In this document: in pieces, positions 37,855 through 48,837 of the stretch
Layout of the letters: each line of letters opens with the position of its first letter
How positions within the stretch are numbered: position 1 is the first letter of the stretch
NCBI GenBank assembly: GCA_965220965.1
Contig: OZ244852.1
Span: forward strand, 1,888,001-1,952,000
DNA length: 64,000 bases
Origin: Candidatus Marinacidobacterium sp.
GTDB lineage: Bacteria; Acidobacteriota; Vicinamibacteria; Marinacidobacterales; Marinacidobacteraceae
Direction: 5' to 3'
Position numbers and translations under genes: made by a program
Notes under the pieces: generated by a model
What the model was told of the DNA's origin: nothing
The model's database searches: none
The model's input: the letters and a program-made list of their open reading frames with translations, nothing else

Positions 37855-38805
37855 ATGTCCGAACCAAGCCTTTCCAGTTCCCCACCTCCCGAAGAAGACT
37901 CCGTCGCTTCAGAGGAGTCCGTCACCTCCCCCGAGCCGGCCGATGCGGTCCCGGTCTCCTTCGGGCGGACCCTGCTCCAGTTCTTCGTCATACCCATGGC
38001 GGTCGTCGCGCTGGGCGTCGGCATCTTCCTGGGATTCGCCTGGCTGGTCTCCGACGACGCCACCCCGCAGGACTTCCTGCAGCAGATCCGCGCCGGCGGC
38101 GCCCACCAGAAGCGGCAGGCGGCGTTCGAACTGGCGAACCGGATCCAGCACGGCGATCCGGAGGACTTCGCCGCTCTCGGGCCCGAGCTGGCCCGGACCT
38201 TCGATGACTTCGAGGGCTCCCCGGACGCGTTCGTGCGGCAGTACCTGGCGCTCGCTCTCGGCGCGCTGGCCGAGCCCTCCGCCGCCGCCTCGCTGGTCGG
38301 CGCGCTGGAGGATCCGGACGAGACGGTGCGGGTCTACGCCGCCTGGGCGCTTGGCGCGATCGGGGGAACACTGGCGGTGGAGGCGCTCGCCGCCGCCAGC
38401 CGGGCCGAGGACGCCGGCGTCCGGACGATGGCGGTCTACGGACTCGGGGCGATCGGCGACGCCGGAGGGACCGAGGCGCTGCGCCGCGCCGTCGAGGATC
38501 CGGTTCTGGACGTGCGGGTGAACGCGGTCGTGGCCCTCGCCCGGATCGGCGATCCGGGGGCCGAGGAGCAGCTCCTCGGGATGCTGGAGCCGGCGTGGTG
38601 GGACACCGTCCCGGGCATGCTCCCGGGAGAACGCACGCTGGGCCGCCTCTCCGCCGTCCAGGCCGCGGGAATCCTGAACTCCCCCGCCGTCCGCGAGCAG
38701 CTCGCCCGGGTCGGAGCGGAGGACCCCAATCTGCGAGTGCGCGAGGCCGCGCTGTCAGCGCTGGATCGCGAGCCGGGGGCTCCCACCGCACCCGCGCCCC
38801 GGTGA
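37855..38805 (+). CDS. Membrane-anchored HEAT repeat protein
   Basis: One N-terminal TM, then repeated VR..AA.ALG.IG HEAT/PBS-lyase-like units. Confidence 0.85.
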   Translation: MSEPSLSSSPPPEEDSVASEESVTSPEPADAVPVSFGRTLLQFFVIPMAVVALGVGIFLGFAWLVSDDATPQDFLQQIRAGGAHQKRQAAFELANRIQHGDPEDFAALGPELARTFDDFEGSPDAFVRQYLALALGALAEPSAAASLVGALEDPDETVRVYAAWALGAIGGTLAVEALAAASRAEDAGVRTMAVYGLGAIGDAGGTEALRRAVEDPVLDVRVNAVVALARIGDPGAEEQLLGMLEPAWWDTVPGMLPGERTLGRLSAVQAAGILNSPAVREQLARVGAEDPNLRVREAALSALDREPGAPTAPAPR

Positions 38806-38971
38806 CGAACGGCTGGAAGAAAGACGTTCCCGGTCGGCGCCCTCCCCGCAGTTCCCGCGCGCGGCCCGGGGAGTTGCGCGACCCGCTCGTCCGCCTCGCG
38901 GCCGGGGGTTCTCCCGGGGACAGACTTCGCTAGAATCGTCGCTGACTTCGACCTCTCAACCCATCGGATTC

Positions 38972-39652
38972 ATGCCTGACACCCCTCAGTCCCGCCCCGC
39001 CGGGGCGCCCCGGCCCGCCGAGCCGGGCGCGACGAAGGAGGGCGGCGGCGCGGACGCCAAGGCGGCGCCCGCCGCCAAGCCCACCCCCCGGAAACCGGCG
39101 TCTCCCCGGCCAACACCCGCCGCCCGCGCCGGAGGCCCGGCGCGCGGGGGCGCCAAGCCGGGCGCCAAGGTCAGCCGACGCGAATTCCCGTACCTGGCGC
39201 TGGGCTGGAGCATGTTCACGGCCGCGATGGCGGTCGGATTGACGACGGTGGGCCGCTTTCTGTTCCCCAACGTCCTGACCGAGCCCCCCTCGACCTTCAC
39301 CGCCGGCTTCCCCTCCGACTTCGCGATCGGGGTCGTGGACACCCGCTTCAAGGAGCGGTACCAGGTCTGGATCGTGCGGGACGAGGAGAAGATCTACGCG
39401 CTGTCGACGATCTGCACGCACCTCGGGTGCACTCCGAACTGGCTCGAGACCGAGCGCAAGTTCAAGTGCCCCTGTCACGGCAGCGGGTTCTACGCGACCG
39501 GGATCAACTTCGAGGGGCCCGCTCCCCGTCCGCTGGAACGGGTGGGAGTGAGCCTCGCCGAGGATGGGCAGCTCCTGATCGACAAGGCCCGCCTGTTCAA
39601 GTTCGAAGCGGGCCAGTGGGAGGACTCGGCGTCCTTCCTGCCGATGACCTGA
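38972..39652 (+). CDS. petC: Rieske 2Fe-2S subunit of a cytochrome bc/b6f-type complex
   Basis: Tat motif SRREF plus TM, CTHLGC and CPCHGS, GPAPRPL. TAGAAT -10 box at 38931. Confidence 0.93.
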   Translation: MPDTPQSRPAGAPRPAEPGATKEGGGADAKAAPAAKPTPRKPASPRPTPAARAGGPARGGAKPGAKVSRREFPYLALGWSMFTAAMAVGLTTVGRFLFPNVLTEPPSTFTAGFPSDFAIGVVDTRFKERYQVWIVRDEEKIYALSTICTHLGCTPNWLETERKFKCPCHGSGFYATGINFEGPAPRPLERVGVSLAEDGQLLIDKARLFKFEAGQWEDSASFLPMT

Positions 39653-39695
39653 GCCCCACTCACCGGAAACCTCCCACCGAAAAGGCGAGCCCTCT

Positions 39696-40496
39696 GTGCT
39701 GAACAGGATTCTCGACCCCCTGCGCGGGGCCTGGAAGGAAGCGACCGACTCCCAGGTCTGGTCGTCCGTATTCCGCCACGGCAAACCGGTCAGCAACCGG
39801 AACCGGGCGCTGGTGATGATGAGCAATGTGTTCCTCCACCTGCACCCCATCAAGTCGCGGAAAGCCGGCATCAAGCTCCGCTACACCTGGTGCATGGGCG
39901 GGATCACGTTCTTCCTGTTCCTGGTCCTGACCTTCACCGGTCTGCTCCTGATGTTCTACTACCGGCCCACGGTGGAGTACGCGTACGCGGACATCGTGGA
40001 CCTTCAGGAGCACGTGCCGCTCGGGATCATGCGGGAGCTTCACCGGTGGGGCGCTCACGCCATGGTGATCACGGTGTGGCTCCACATGCTGCGGGTCTTC
40101 ATGACCGGCTCCTACAAGCCGCCGCGCGAATTCAACTGGGCGATCGGCGTGATCCTGCTCGTGCTCACGCTGCTGCTGTCGTTCACCGGCTACCTGCTCC
40201 CCTGGGACCAGTTGGCGATCTGGGCGATCGCGGTCGGCTCCAACATGGCGCGCGCGACGCCCCTGCTGGGCACCGAGGGACCGCTTTCGGCGTCGCTCAC
40301 CCTGGGGGACATCGCCCTGGTGAACTCGGGCAACGACGCCCGCTTCGCGCTCCTCGGGGCGCGGTCGGTCGGTCAGCCCACGCTCCTGCGCTTCTACGTG
40401 CTCCACTGCGTTGGCCTTCCCCTCGGGGCCGCATTCCTCATGGCGGTCCATTTCTGGCGGGTTCGCAAGGATGGAGGAATCTCGGGACCCATGTAG
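39696..40496 (+). CDS. petB: Cytochrome b, N-terminal (b6-type) subunit
   Basis: [50 protein letters not shown]...VHFW. Confidence 0.92.
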   Translation: MLNRILDPLRGAWKEATDSQVWSSVFRHGKPVSNRNRALVMMSNVFLHLHPIKSRKAGIKLRYTWCMGGITFFLFLVLTFTGLLLMFYYRPTVEYAYADIVDLQEHVPLGIMRELHRWGAHAMVITVWLHMLRVFMTGSYKPPREFNWAIGVILLVLTLLLSFTGYLLPWDQLAIWAIAVGSNMARATPLLGTEGPLSASLTLGDIALVNSGNDARFALLGARSVGQPTLLRFYVLHCVGLPLGAAFLMAVHFWRVRKDGGISGPM

Positions 40497-40547
40497 GTCC
40501 GGGGCTCCCTTGCACACTCCCCGACGCCTGACCACGGACGGAAAACA

Positions 40548-41669
40548 TTGATCGCGTTTTTTCAGGATCTGGTGAACTGGGTCTCCGGACCCACGGTTCT
40601 GTTCACGGTGACCACGGTCGGCCTCCTGCTGGCCTTCCGCTTCACCCAGGTGTGGTCGAAGCGCGTCGCCAAGGTGACGTTCGCGGTCATCGCGGTCATC
40701 TACGCGGCGAGCATGTGGAACCCGAACTTCCTGCTGATCGTCGCCAAGCCCGACAACATCCCGATCACGGGAGTCATCTTCCTGGTCCTGTTCTTCACCT
40801 GGTACGCGATGTACCAGGGCCTCGAGAACGACCGGCGAAGCGCTGCGGGGAAGGCGCCGCTCGAGAAGGAAGAGTCGGACAAGGTGTGGGTCTGGCCCGA
40901 CCTGGTCTACACCGAGATGCTCGCGATGGTCCTGCTGAGCGTCGTGCTGCTGGTGTGGTCCATCGTGCTGGCCGCGCCGCTCGAGCAGCCGGCCAACCCC
41001 GCCGACTCGCCGAACCCCTCCAAGGCGCCGTGGTACTTCCTCGGGCTCCAGGAGATGCTGGTCTACTTCGACCCCTGGCTCGCGGGAGTCGTCTTCCCCA
41101 CGCTGATCATCGTGGGGCTCATCGCCATCCCCTACATCGACACGAACCCGAAGGGGAACGGCTACTTCACCTTCAGGGAACGCAAGGCGGAGATCGCGAT
41201 CTTCCTCTACGGCTTCCTGATCCTGTGGTGCCTGCTCGTCATTTCGGGCACGTTCCTGCGCGGTCCGAACTGGAACTTCTTCGGGCCTTACGAGTACTGG
41301 GATGTCCACCGGGTCGAGCCGCTCCTGAACGTGAACGTCTCGGACTTCTTCTGGGTGAAGCTCCTCGGCCGTCCGCTGCCCTCGGGCGGTTTCTTCGCGG
41401 CCCTGCTGCGCGAGTGGCTCGGACTCGTCCTGGTGGGCGCGTACCTGTTCGTCCTGCCCGTCGTGATGTCCTGGCCCAGGGAGAAGCTCCCGCGCGGGTT
41501 CCGGTGGCTCAGCCTCCGGAAGTACTACGACAAGATGGGAGCGACCCGCTTCTACATCGGCGTTTCCCTCTTTCTCCTCATGATGAGCCTGCCGATCAAG
41601 ATGTATCTCCGGTGGGCCTTCAACCTGAAGTACCTCGTGGCGTTCCCCGAGATCTTCTTCAACATCTGA
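40548..41669 (+). CDS. Cytochrome b subunit IV-like (C-terminal) protein with extra TM segments
   Basis: TTG start; VWVWPDL, APLEQPANP..PNPSKAPWYFLGLQE (PEWY equivalent), IPYID. Confidence 0.85.
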   Translation: MIAFFQDLVNWVSGPTVLFTVTTVGLLLAFRFTQVWSKRVAKVTFAVIAVIYAASMWNPNFLLIVAKPDNIPITGVIFLVLFFTWYAMYQGLENDRRSAAGKAPLEKEESDKVWVWPDLVYTEMLAMVLLSVVLLVWSIVLAAPLEQPANPADSPNPSKAPWYFLGLQEMLVYFDPWLAGVVFPTLIIVGLIAIPYIDTNPKGNGYFTFRERKAEIAIFLYGFLILWCLLVISGTFLRGPNWNFFGPYEYWDVHRVEPLLNVNVSDFFWVKLLGRPLPSGGFFAALLREWLGLVLVGAYLFVLPVVMSWPREKLPRGFRWLSLRKYYDKMGATRFYIGVSLFLLMMSLPIKMYLRWAFNLKYLVAFPEIFFNI

Positions 41670-41685
41670 CCCGATCGAGTCATCC

Positions 41686-44496
41686 GTGCCCAAAAAAGTC
41701 CTCCCCGGTCACGCCCACGACATAAACCGACTCAACGTCGTCTTCGCCGCCTCGAGCGTCGTCCTGCTCGGTTCGACGCTGTGGATGATCTGGGCCGACT
41801 ACGCCCGGGAGTGGAAGGACTACCAGCGCGAGTTCGTGCAGATGGAGCGCGACCTGACGGTTCGGCAGATGCAGGAGGCTCAGCAGGGGATCGACCAGGC
41901 GGAGTTCCAGCGGGTCACGACCCAGCTTGCGGAAGCCGAGGCCGCCCTCGCCACGAACGAGGAGGCGATCTCCGCGCTGGAAGCGGAAATCGCCGATCTG
42001 GATACCGAGCGGACGCTGGCGGACATCCGGGAGCGCGAGCTCAAGGCGCTCTACGACTCCCAGAAGTTCTTCTTCGAGGAGACCCGCGAGCGGGGCGTTC
42101 CCCTGGGTCGCGCCGTCTCCGAAGAGGAGTTCACGACGCTCGAGGCCAACTTCTTCGAGGCGCGCGATCTCCGGATCGCCTTCGACTTCGACCTCGCCGC
42201 CCGGCGGGCGGATCTGCGGGAAGCGCGGGCGGCCGTCACCGAGCTGGCGGGCGAACGCGAACGCCTCTCGCAGGCGGTCGTCCTCGCGCAGATGAAGCTG
42301 GACTCGATCGCCGACAACTTCCCCAACACGTTCCGCAACCTGCCGATGCTCGACTTCATCGACCCCTCGATCGAGGTGCGGCAGGTGCTGGTGGCGAACG
42401 TTACGGAGGATCTGAACTTCGCCCAGGTTTCGCGCATCGACCGGTGCCAGACCTGTCACCTCGCGATCGACAACCCGGAGTACGTGGACGCTCCCCAGCC
42501 GTTCACGACCCACCCCGACCTGGAGACCTACGTCGCGCGCGATTCAGCGCACCCGGTCGACAACTTCGGCTGCACCTCGTGCCACCTCGGACGCGGCCGC
42601 AAACTGAGCTTCACCGGCGCCACCCACACGCCGGAATCGCTCGAGGAAGAGCACGACTGGGTCGAGGCCTACGGCTGGAAGGAAGACCACTACTGGGACA
42701 GCCCGATGTATCAGGCGGCCCTTACCGAATCGGGTTGCATCAAGTGCCACCGGGACCAGGTCTTCATCCCCCGCGCCCAGCATCTGAACCAGAGCCGGCT
42801 GACCTACGAGCTGGCGGGATGCTGGGGATGCCACAACACCGCCGGCTACGAGGACAAGCGCAACCGCGGACCCTCGCTGGAGAAGATCGCCTCCAAGACG
42901 AACCGCGACTTCGTGACGCGCTGGGTCCGGGATCCCAAGGCCTTCCGGCCGTCGACCTGGATGCCGACGTTCTGGAACCTCGACAACAACCCGGACTCCG
43001 AACTGGCCGCCCGGAACGACACCGAAGTCGCGGCCATCGTCGAGTACGTCTTCGAGAACTCCTCCGAAGGAGCGGACTACGCCGCGCCCCCGGCGGGAAA
43101 CGCCGCCCGCGGCGAGACCCTGCTGAACACCGTCGGCTGTCTTGGCTGCCACCTGGTGGATGAGCAGGACTACGCCGAGGCCAGCATCTACCGTCGTCGC
43201 GGACCGGCCCTCACCGGCGCCGGCTCCAAGCTGGACCCCGGCTTCCTCTACGAGTGGGTCCGGGAGCCCCGGCACTACTGGGACGAGACCTTCATGCCGA
43301 GTCTGCGGCTGACGAACCAGGAAGCCGCCGACATCACCTCCTTCCTGCTCGCGTCCGAGGCGCCCGCGTTCGAGGCGATGGCGGTCCCCGCCGCCGAACC
43401 GGCCGAGCTGGACTCCATCACGCTCGAGTTCCTCCGGACCGGCCTGCCGGACCGGCTCGCCAGGGAGCAGCTCGCCGGGATGTCGGAGCAGGAGAAACTC
43501 CTGTATTCGGGGGAGGGGCTGATCCGCCGCTACGGCTGCTTCGGCTGCCATGACATCGCCGGGTTCGAGAACGCCCAGAAGATCGGCGTGGACCTCTCCA
43601 CCTGGGGCTCCAAGATGGTGACGAGGCTGGACTTCGGCTACGTCGACATCCCGCACACCCGTCAGGCGTGGCTGGAGCAGAAGCTCGCCGAGCCGCGCAG
43701 CTACGACCGGGGCAAGGTCCGGACTCCGGGCGAGAAGCTCCGGATGCCGCAGTTCGGCTTCACCCCCGAGGACAGCCAGCACATCGTCCGCACGGTGCTC
43801 GGCCTGGTGCGGGACGAGTTCCCGATGGATGGCGTCAAGACGCTCTCGGCCGCCGAAGCGGTCGCCGAGGAAGCCCGGGTCCTCATCCACAACTACAACT
43901 GCCGGGGCTGTCACCTGATCGACGGCGAAGGCGGCGGGATCTACGAAACGCTCGAGGACGAGGGCATGCGTCCGCCGAACCTGAACACCCAGGGGCGGCG
44001 CACCCAGGCGGACTGGCTCTACCACTTCCTGCGCGAGCCGGACGAGGTCCGGTTCTGGATGGAGACCCGGATGCCGACGTTCGAGCTCACTCCCGAAGAG
44101 GCGAACACGCTGGTGAGCGGCTTCCTCGCCATGGACGGCGCCCAGCCCTTCGACGTCGAGGGCGAGCGGGTCTACACGCCGGAAGAACTCCGCGTGGGGG
44201 CGGTCCTGCTGGATCAGCTCCAGTGCGAGCGCTGCCATATCGCCTCGGCCGCGGGCACGATGGAAGCCTCCCAGCTCGCCCCGTCGTTCCGGCTGGCGGA
44301 AGAGCGGCTCACCCACGACTGGATCGTGGACTGGCTGGTCGATCCCCAGCACATCACCCCCGGGACCCAGATGCCGCAGTTCTGGCCTGTAGACCAGGAC
44401 GGAACCCGGCTCTCGCCGCTCCCGGACATCCTCGACGGGGACCCGATGGCCCAGATGCGGGCGGTCGCGTCCTACATCATGAAATACGACCGATGA
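41686..44496 (+). CDS. Membrane-anchored multiheme (8 CxxCH) cytochrome c
   Basis: N-terminal TM and coiled coil, then CQTCH, CTSCH, CIKCH, CWGCH, CLGCH, CFGCH, CRGCH, CERCH, with repeated GP.L / W..DP / MP.F class I cytochrome motifs. Confidence 0.92.
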   Translation: MPKKVLPGHAHDINRLNVVFAASSVVLLGSTLWMIWADYAREWKDYQREFVQMERDLTVRQMQEAQQGIDQAEFQRVTTQLAEAEAALATNEEAISALEAEIADLDTERTLADIRERELKALYDSQKFFFEETRERGVPLGRAVSEEEFTTLEANFFEARDLRIAFDFDLAARRADLREARAAVTELAGERERLSQAVVLAQMKLDSIADNFPNTFRNLPMLDFIDPSIEVRQVLVANVTEDLNFAQVSRIDRCQTCHLAIDNPEYVDAPQPFTTHPDLETYVARDSAHPVDNFGCTSCHLGRGRKLSFTGATHTPESLEEEHDWVEAYGWKEDHYWDSPMYQAALTESGCIKCHRDQVFIPRAQHLNQSRLTYELAGCWGCHNTAGYEDKRNRGPSLEKIASKTNRDFVTRWVRDPKAFRPSTWMPTFWNLDNNPDSELAARNDTEVAAIVEYVFENSSEGADYAAPPAGNAARGETLLNTVGCLGCHLVDEQDYAEASIYRRRGPALTGAGSKLDPGFLYEWVREPRHYWDETFMPSLRLTNQEAADITSFLLASEAPAFEAMAVPAAEPAELDSITLEFLRTGLPDRLAREQLAGMSEQEKLLYSGEGLIRRYGCFGCHDIAGFENAQKIGVDLSTWGSKMVTRLDFGYVDIPHTRQAWLEQKLAEPRSYDRGKVRTPGEKLRMPQFGFTPEDSQHIVRTVLGLVRDEFPMDGVKTLSAAEAVAEEARVLIHNYNCRGCHLIDGEGGGIYETLEDEGMRPPNLNTQGRRTQADWLYHFLREPDEVRFWMETRMPTFELTPEEANTLVSGFLAMDGAQPFDVEGERVYTPEELRVGAVLLDQLQCERCHIASAAGTMEASQLAPSFRLAEERLTHDWIVDWLVDPQHITPGTQMPQFWPVDQDGTRLSPLPDILDGDPMAQMRAVASYIMKYDR

Positions 44497-44609
44497 GCGT
44501 CCCGCATCACCGGGACGCCCCCGTCGGTCCGTCGGCCGGCGCGCCGGTCGGCGAACGATGACCGCCCCCGCCCTCCGGGATCCGGGCGCGGCGCTCCAGG
44601 AGACTCCGC

Positions 44610-45431
44610 ATGGCCGATGAACCGAGCGTGAAGCGGGGCGGCTTCGAGGGAGCCGCCATGGGGATCGTCATCTGGGCGATCGTCCTGCTCTCGGTGATCT
44701 TCTTCCTGCGCTACGGAGTGCCCGAGCTGGCTTCCGACCGGGACTACCTGGACACGCTCTACTACGTGATCCTCGGGATCACCGGAGCGGCCTACATCCT
44801 CTACCAGCTCGCCCTCGGGCTGGTGATCTACCGCTACCGGGGCGACCGGCCGGGCGCCACGTGGAGCCACTGGCACGAGAGCCACAAGCTCGAGCTCGCC
44901 TGGACGCTGGGAACCGCCGTGATCCTGATCCCGGTGGTGTTCACCGGGCTCGCCTACTGGGACCGGGTCAAGGGCCCGGCGCCGGAGGGCGCCGTCACGG
45001 TGATGGCCGTGGGTGCGCAGTTCCAGTGGGACTTCCAGTACCCCGGCGAGGACGGCGCCTTCGGCCGGTACGACCCGCAGCTCTACGCGATCGACAACCA
45101 GATCGGTCTGGACGAGAGCGACCCGGCGGCGGCCGATGACTGGGTGCTGACGAATCAGCTCGTGCTCCCGGTCGGTCAGCCGGCGCGCATCATGATGCGG
45201 TCCAAGGACGTGCAGCACGCGTTCTTCCTTCCCAACTTCCGCGTGAAGCAGGATCTGGTCCCCGGGATGATGACCGAGGTCTGGTTCACTCCGGTCAAGA
45301 CCGGCAGTTACGAAATCGCGTGCGCCGAGCTCTGCGGACTCGGGCACTACCGCATGCGGGCCTTCCTCGAGGTGATGGAGGAAGCCGACTACCAGGAGTG
45401 GTGGGCGGCCAACGCGCCCGCCGCGCCCTGA
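44610..45431 (+). CDS. coxB: Cytochrome c oxidase subunit II
   Basis: LELAWT, QFQWDFQYP, CuA ligands DVQHAF..CAELCGLGHYRM. Confidence 0.95.
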   Translation: MADEPSVKRGGFEGAAMGIVIWAIVLLSVIFFLRYGVPELASDRDYLDTLYYVILGITGAAYILYQLALGLVIYRYRGDRPGATWSHWHESHKLELAWTLGTAVILIPVVFTGLAYWDRVKGPAPEGAVTVMAVGAQFQWDFQYPGEDGAFGRYDPQLYAIDNQIGLDESDPAAADDWVLTNQLVLPVGQPARIMMRSKDVQHAFFLPNFRVKQDLVPGMMTEVWFTPVKTGSYEIACAELCGLGHYRMRAFLEVMEEADYQEWWAANAPAAP

Positions 45432-45511
45432 CGAACGCCTGAGCGCCGCTCAGGACATCCCCCCCGGAAGCAACACCGAAGACCCCACCCGGACCGAACG
45501 GAGAGACACGG

Positions 45512-47236
45512 ATGGCTCACGCCAAAGAGAGCTTCATCAGCAAGTACGTCTTCAGCTTCGATCACAAGATGATCGGCAAGCAGTACTTCACGCTGGCCAT
45601 GATCATGGGGTTCATCGGCGGGATCCTCGCCGTCCTGATCCGCCTTCAGCTCGGGTTCCCCTCGAAGCCCTGGCCGTTCCTCGAGAACCTGTTCCCGGTG
45701 GGGATGGCCAGCGGGATCATGACCCCCGAGTTCTACGTGTCGTTGTTCACCATGCACGGCACGATCATGGTCTTCTTCCTGCTCTCGCTGCTGCCCGTCA
45801 GCGGCTTCGGCAACTTCCTGATCCCCCTGCAGATCGGCGCGCGGGACATGGCGTTCCCGTTCCTGAACATGCTCTCCTTCTGGACGGTGGTTCCGGGGGC
45901 GATCATCATCATCATCTCCTTCTTCGTGGAAGGCGGCGCCGCCGCCTCCGGGTGGACCGCCTACCCGCCGCTGTCGGCGATCCGCAGCGCGATTCCCGGC
46001 TCCGGCGCCGGGCAGACGCTGTGGCTCATCGGGATGGTCTTCTTCGTGGCTTCGTTCACGATGGGGGGCCTCAACTTCGTCGTCACGATCCTGAACCTGC
46101 GCACCAGGGGGCTCCGGATGATGCGGATGCCCCTGACCACCTGGGCGCAGTTCGTGGTCGGCATCCTGGGTCTGCTGTCGTTCCCGGCGCTCGCCGCCGG
46201 CGCCCTCCTGCTGCTGTTCGACCGGTCGCTGGGCACCAGCTTCTTCCTCCCCGCCGGGATCTTCATCGGCGACACGCTGATGCCGCACGAGGGCGGAACG
46301 CCGCTCCTCTGGCAGCACCTCTTCTGGTTCCTCGGCCACCCCGAGGTCTACATCATCATGTTGCCGGCGATGGGGTTCACCTCGGACATCCTCGCCACGT
46401 TCTGCCGCCGGCCGATCTTCGGTTACCGCTCGATGGTCTACGCCATCATGGCGATCGGCGGCCTCAGCTTCCTGGTCTGGGGCCACCACATGTTCGTGAG
46501 CGGCATGAGCCCCTTCCTCGGCAGCCTGTTCGTGGTGACGACGCTCGCGATCGCGGTCCCGTCGGCGGTCAAGGCCTTCAACTGGCTGTTCACGATCGTG
46601 CGGGCGCGGATCCGCTTCACGACCGCCGCGCTCTTCGGGCTGGGCGTCGTGTCGCTGTTCGTGACCGGCGGCCTGACCGGAATCTTCCTCGGCACGAACG
46701 CCACGGACATCCAGCTCCACGACACCTACTTCGTGGTGGGGCACTTCCACTTCATCATGGCGGGGGCCGGCCTGTTCGGGGCCTTCGCGGCCGTCTATTT
46801 CTGGTACCCCAAGATGTTCGGCCGGCTGCTCAGCGAGCGGCTCGGGAAGATCCACTTCTGGATCACTTTCGTCGCCTACTACGCGGTCTTCTTCCCGATG
46901 CACTACCTGGGCGTGTCGGGAATGATGCGGCGGATCTATGACCCGAACGTCTACGAGTACCTCCAGCCGCTGCAGCCGGTGAACCTGTTCATCACGATCG
47001 CCGCGTTCGTGCTCTTCGCCGGCCAGTTGCTGTTCCTCTGGAACTACTTCGCGAGCATGCGCAGCGGACGCGAGGCCAGCGGGAACCCGTGGGATTCCGC
47101 CGGACTCGAGTGGTCGACCCCGGCGAAGCCCGGACACGGCAACTGGGAAGGCGAGATCCCCGAGGTCCACCGCTGGCCCTACGAATACAGCCGGCCCGGC
47201 GGCAAGCGCGATTTCGTCACCCAGTGGGAGAACTGA
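45512..47236 (+). CDS. coxA: Cytochrome c oxidase subunit I (type A1)
   Basis: DHKMIG, HGTIM, RDMAFP, GWTAYPPL, WFLGHPEVY, VWGHHMF, HDTYFVVGHFH, MMRRI. Confidence 0.96.
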   Translation: MAHAKESFISKYVFSFDHKMIGKQYFTLAMIMGFIGGILAVLIRLQLGFPSKPWPFLENLFPVGMASGIMTPEFYVSLFTMHGTIMVFFLLSLLPVSGFGNFLIPLQIGARDMAFPFLNMLSFWTVVPGAIIIIISFFVEGGAAASGWTAYPPLSAIRSAIPGSGAGQTLWLIGMVFFVASFTMGGLNFVVTILNLRTRGLRMMRMPLTTWAQFVVGILGLLSFPALAAGALLLLFDRSLGTSFFLPAGIFIGDTLMPHEGGTPLLWQHLFWFLGHPEVYIIMLPAMGFTSDILATFCRRPIFGYRSMVYAIMAIGGLSFLVWGHHMFVSGMSPFLGSLFVVTTLAIAVPSAVKAFNWLFTIVRARIRFTTAALFGLGVVSLFVTGGLTGIFLGTNATDIQLHDTYFVVGHFHFIMAGAGLFGAFAAVYFWYPKMFGRLLSERLGKIHFWITFVAYYAVFFPMHYLGVSGMMRRIYDPNVYEYLQPLQPVNLFITIAAFVLFAGQLLFLWNYFASMRSGREASGNPWDSAGLEWSTPAKPGHGNWEGEIPEVHRWPYEYSRPGGKRDFVTQWEN

Positions 47237-47272
47237 GCTTCCGGTGACCGGGACGAAGGAAGCGCTGGAGCA

Positions 47273-47869
47273 GTGCGCGGCATGAACGCCCTTGCGCCCG
47301 GCGCCGCCGCCTCAACCGAGACCGGCGCGGATCGCCGGCAGGTGAACCGGCTGGGCCTGCTGGTCGGGCTCGGCGGCATCACGATGCTGTTCGCCGCCTT
47401 CACCTCCGCCTACATCGTGCGGAGCGGGGGCAGCGACTGGGCGCCGCTCGAACTGCCCCCGATCCTCTGGCTGAACACGCTGCTGATCGTGGCGAGTTCG
47501 GGAACGCTGGAGGCCGCGCGGCGGTCGTTCGCCGCCGGCCGCCTGCCCTCGTTCCGGTCGTGGAGCGCGGCGACGGCCGCCCTCGGGACCGGCTTTCTGG
47601 CCGGGCAGTACGCCGGCTGGCTCCAGTTGAACGAAGCCGGCGTGTTCCTTCAGAGCCATCCGAAGAGCAGCTTCTTCTTCGTTCTCACCGGCGTCCACGG
47701 CGTCCACCTGGTCGCCGGAGTCATCGCGCTGCTCGTGCTGTTCGGCCTGGCGGCGGCCGGAAGACTGGTCCCGGGGCGGAGCGACGCCCCGGCGCTGACC
47801 GCCATCTACTGGCATTTCACCGGCGGCCTGTGGGTCTACCTGCTGGCCGTCCTTTCCCTGCTTGGCTGA
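47273..47869 (+). CDS. coxC: Cytochrome c oxidase subunit III (first of two)
   Basis: MLFAAFTSAY, NTLLIVASS, LTGVHGVH, YWHF. Alternative start ATG 47282. Confidence 0.88.
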   Translation: MRGMNALAPGAAASTETGADRRQVNRLGLLVGLGGITMLFAAFTSAYIVRSGGSDWAPLELPPILWLNTLLIVASSGTLEAARRSFAAGRLPSFRSWSAATAALGTGFLAGQYAGWLQLNEAGVFLQSHPKSSFFFVLTGVHGVHLVAGVIALLVLFGLAAAGRLVPGRSDAPALTAIYWHFTGGLWVYLLAVLSLLG

Positions 47870-47920
47870 CCCAATGCGGCTGTTGACAGGATCCACGGCG
47901 GGAACCACGAGGAGGAGCCC

Positions 47921-48526
47921 ATGAGCCAGACCGCGATCGCCCAGGCGGACTGGGGCGGCGGCGCCAGTCCGTTCGGCGTGACGTGGCAGAAGATGATGAT
48001 GTGGTTCTTCATCGTCACCGACGCGCTGCTGTTCGCCGGCCTCCTCGTCAGCTATGGCGTCGTGCGGATCGCGACGGGAAGCTGGCCCGCGCAGTCCGAA
48101 GTCTTCAGCCTGACTTACATCGCCATCATGACGTTCGTGCTGATCACCTCGTCGGCGACCATGGCGTGCGCCGTCAAGGCGGCCGAGCTGGAGCGTCCGG
48201 CGATCGCCGCCCGGTGGCTGTGGCTCACGATCGTGGGCGGCTTCGGCTTCCTCGGCATGCAGGCGTACGAATGGACGGTCTTCATCCAGGACGGCGGCGG
48301 GATCACCGCCAATCCCTGGGGCGCCCCGGTGTTCAGCCAGTTCTTCTTCGTGATCACCGGCTTCCACGGATTCCACGTCCTGACCGGCGTCACGATTCTG
48401 CTGGTGGTCGCGATCCGGGCGGCCATGGGGAAATACTCTGCGGCCGGCATCGAGAACGCCGGCCTCTACTGGCACTTCGTGGACCTGGTCTGGGTCTTCG
48501 TCTTCGCCCTCTTCTACCTGGTGTAG
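47921..48526 (+). CDS. coxC: Cytochrome c oxidase subunit III (second of two)
   Basis: KMMMWFFIVTD, FFVITGFHGFHV, GLYWHFVDLVW. Confidence 0.92.
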   Translation: MSQTAIAQADWGGGASPFGVTWQKMMMWFFIVTDALLFAGLLVSYGVVRIATGSWPAQSEVFSLTYIAIMTFVLITSSATMACAVKAAELERPAIAARWLWLTIVGGFGFLGMQAYEWTVFIQDGGGITANPWGAPVFSQFFFVITGFHGFHVLTGVTILLVVAIRAAMGKYSAAGIENAGLYWHFVDLVWVFVFALFYLV

Positions 48527-48530
48527 CCCC

Positions 48531-48833
48531 ATGTCGAGCGACGCCCACCCCTACCGCTTCTACTGGATCCTCTGGGTCGTGCTCCTGAGCGTCACCCTGC
48601 TCATGATCGCCATCGAAGGCGCTTCCCTGCCGGCGGCCCTCGCGGTCGTGCTGCTCCTGTTCGGATCGGCGATCAAGGCCACCCTGATCATCTTCTACTA
48701 CATGCACCTGAAGTTCGAGCACATGGCGCTCATCCTGACGGTCCTCACCGGGCTCTTCGTGACGAGCATCCTCATGTTCGTGCTCCCGGCCTACGACGGC
48801 TTCCACATGCTGGCGAGCGCCGTCGGTTCCTGA
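48531..48833 (+). CDS. Cytochrome c oxidase subunit IV family protein
   Basis: Three TMs and KATLIIFYYMHLKFE. Confidence 0.88.
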   Translation: MSSDAHPYRFYWILWVVLLSVTLLMIAIEGASLPAALAVVLLLFGSAIKATLIIFYYMHLKFEHMALILTVLTGLFVTSILMFVLPAYDGFHMLASAVGS

Positions 48834-48837
48834 CCCG

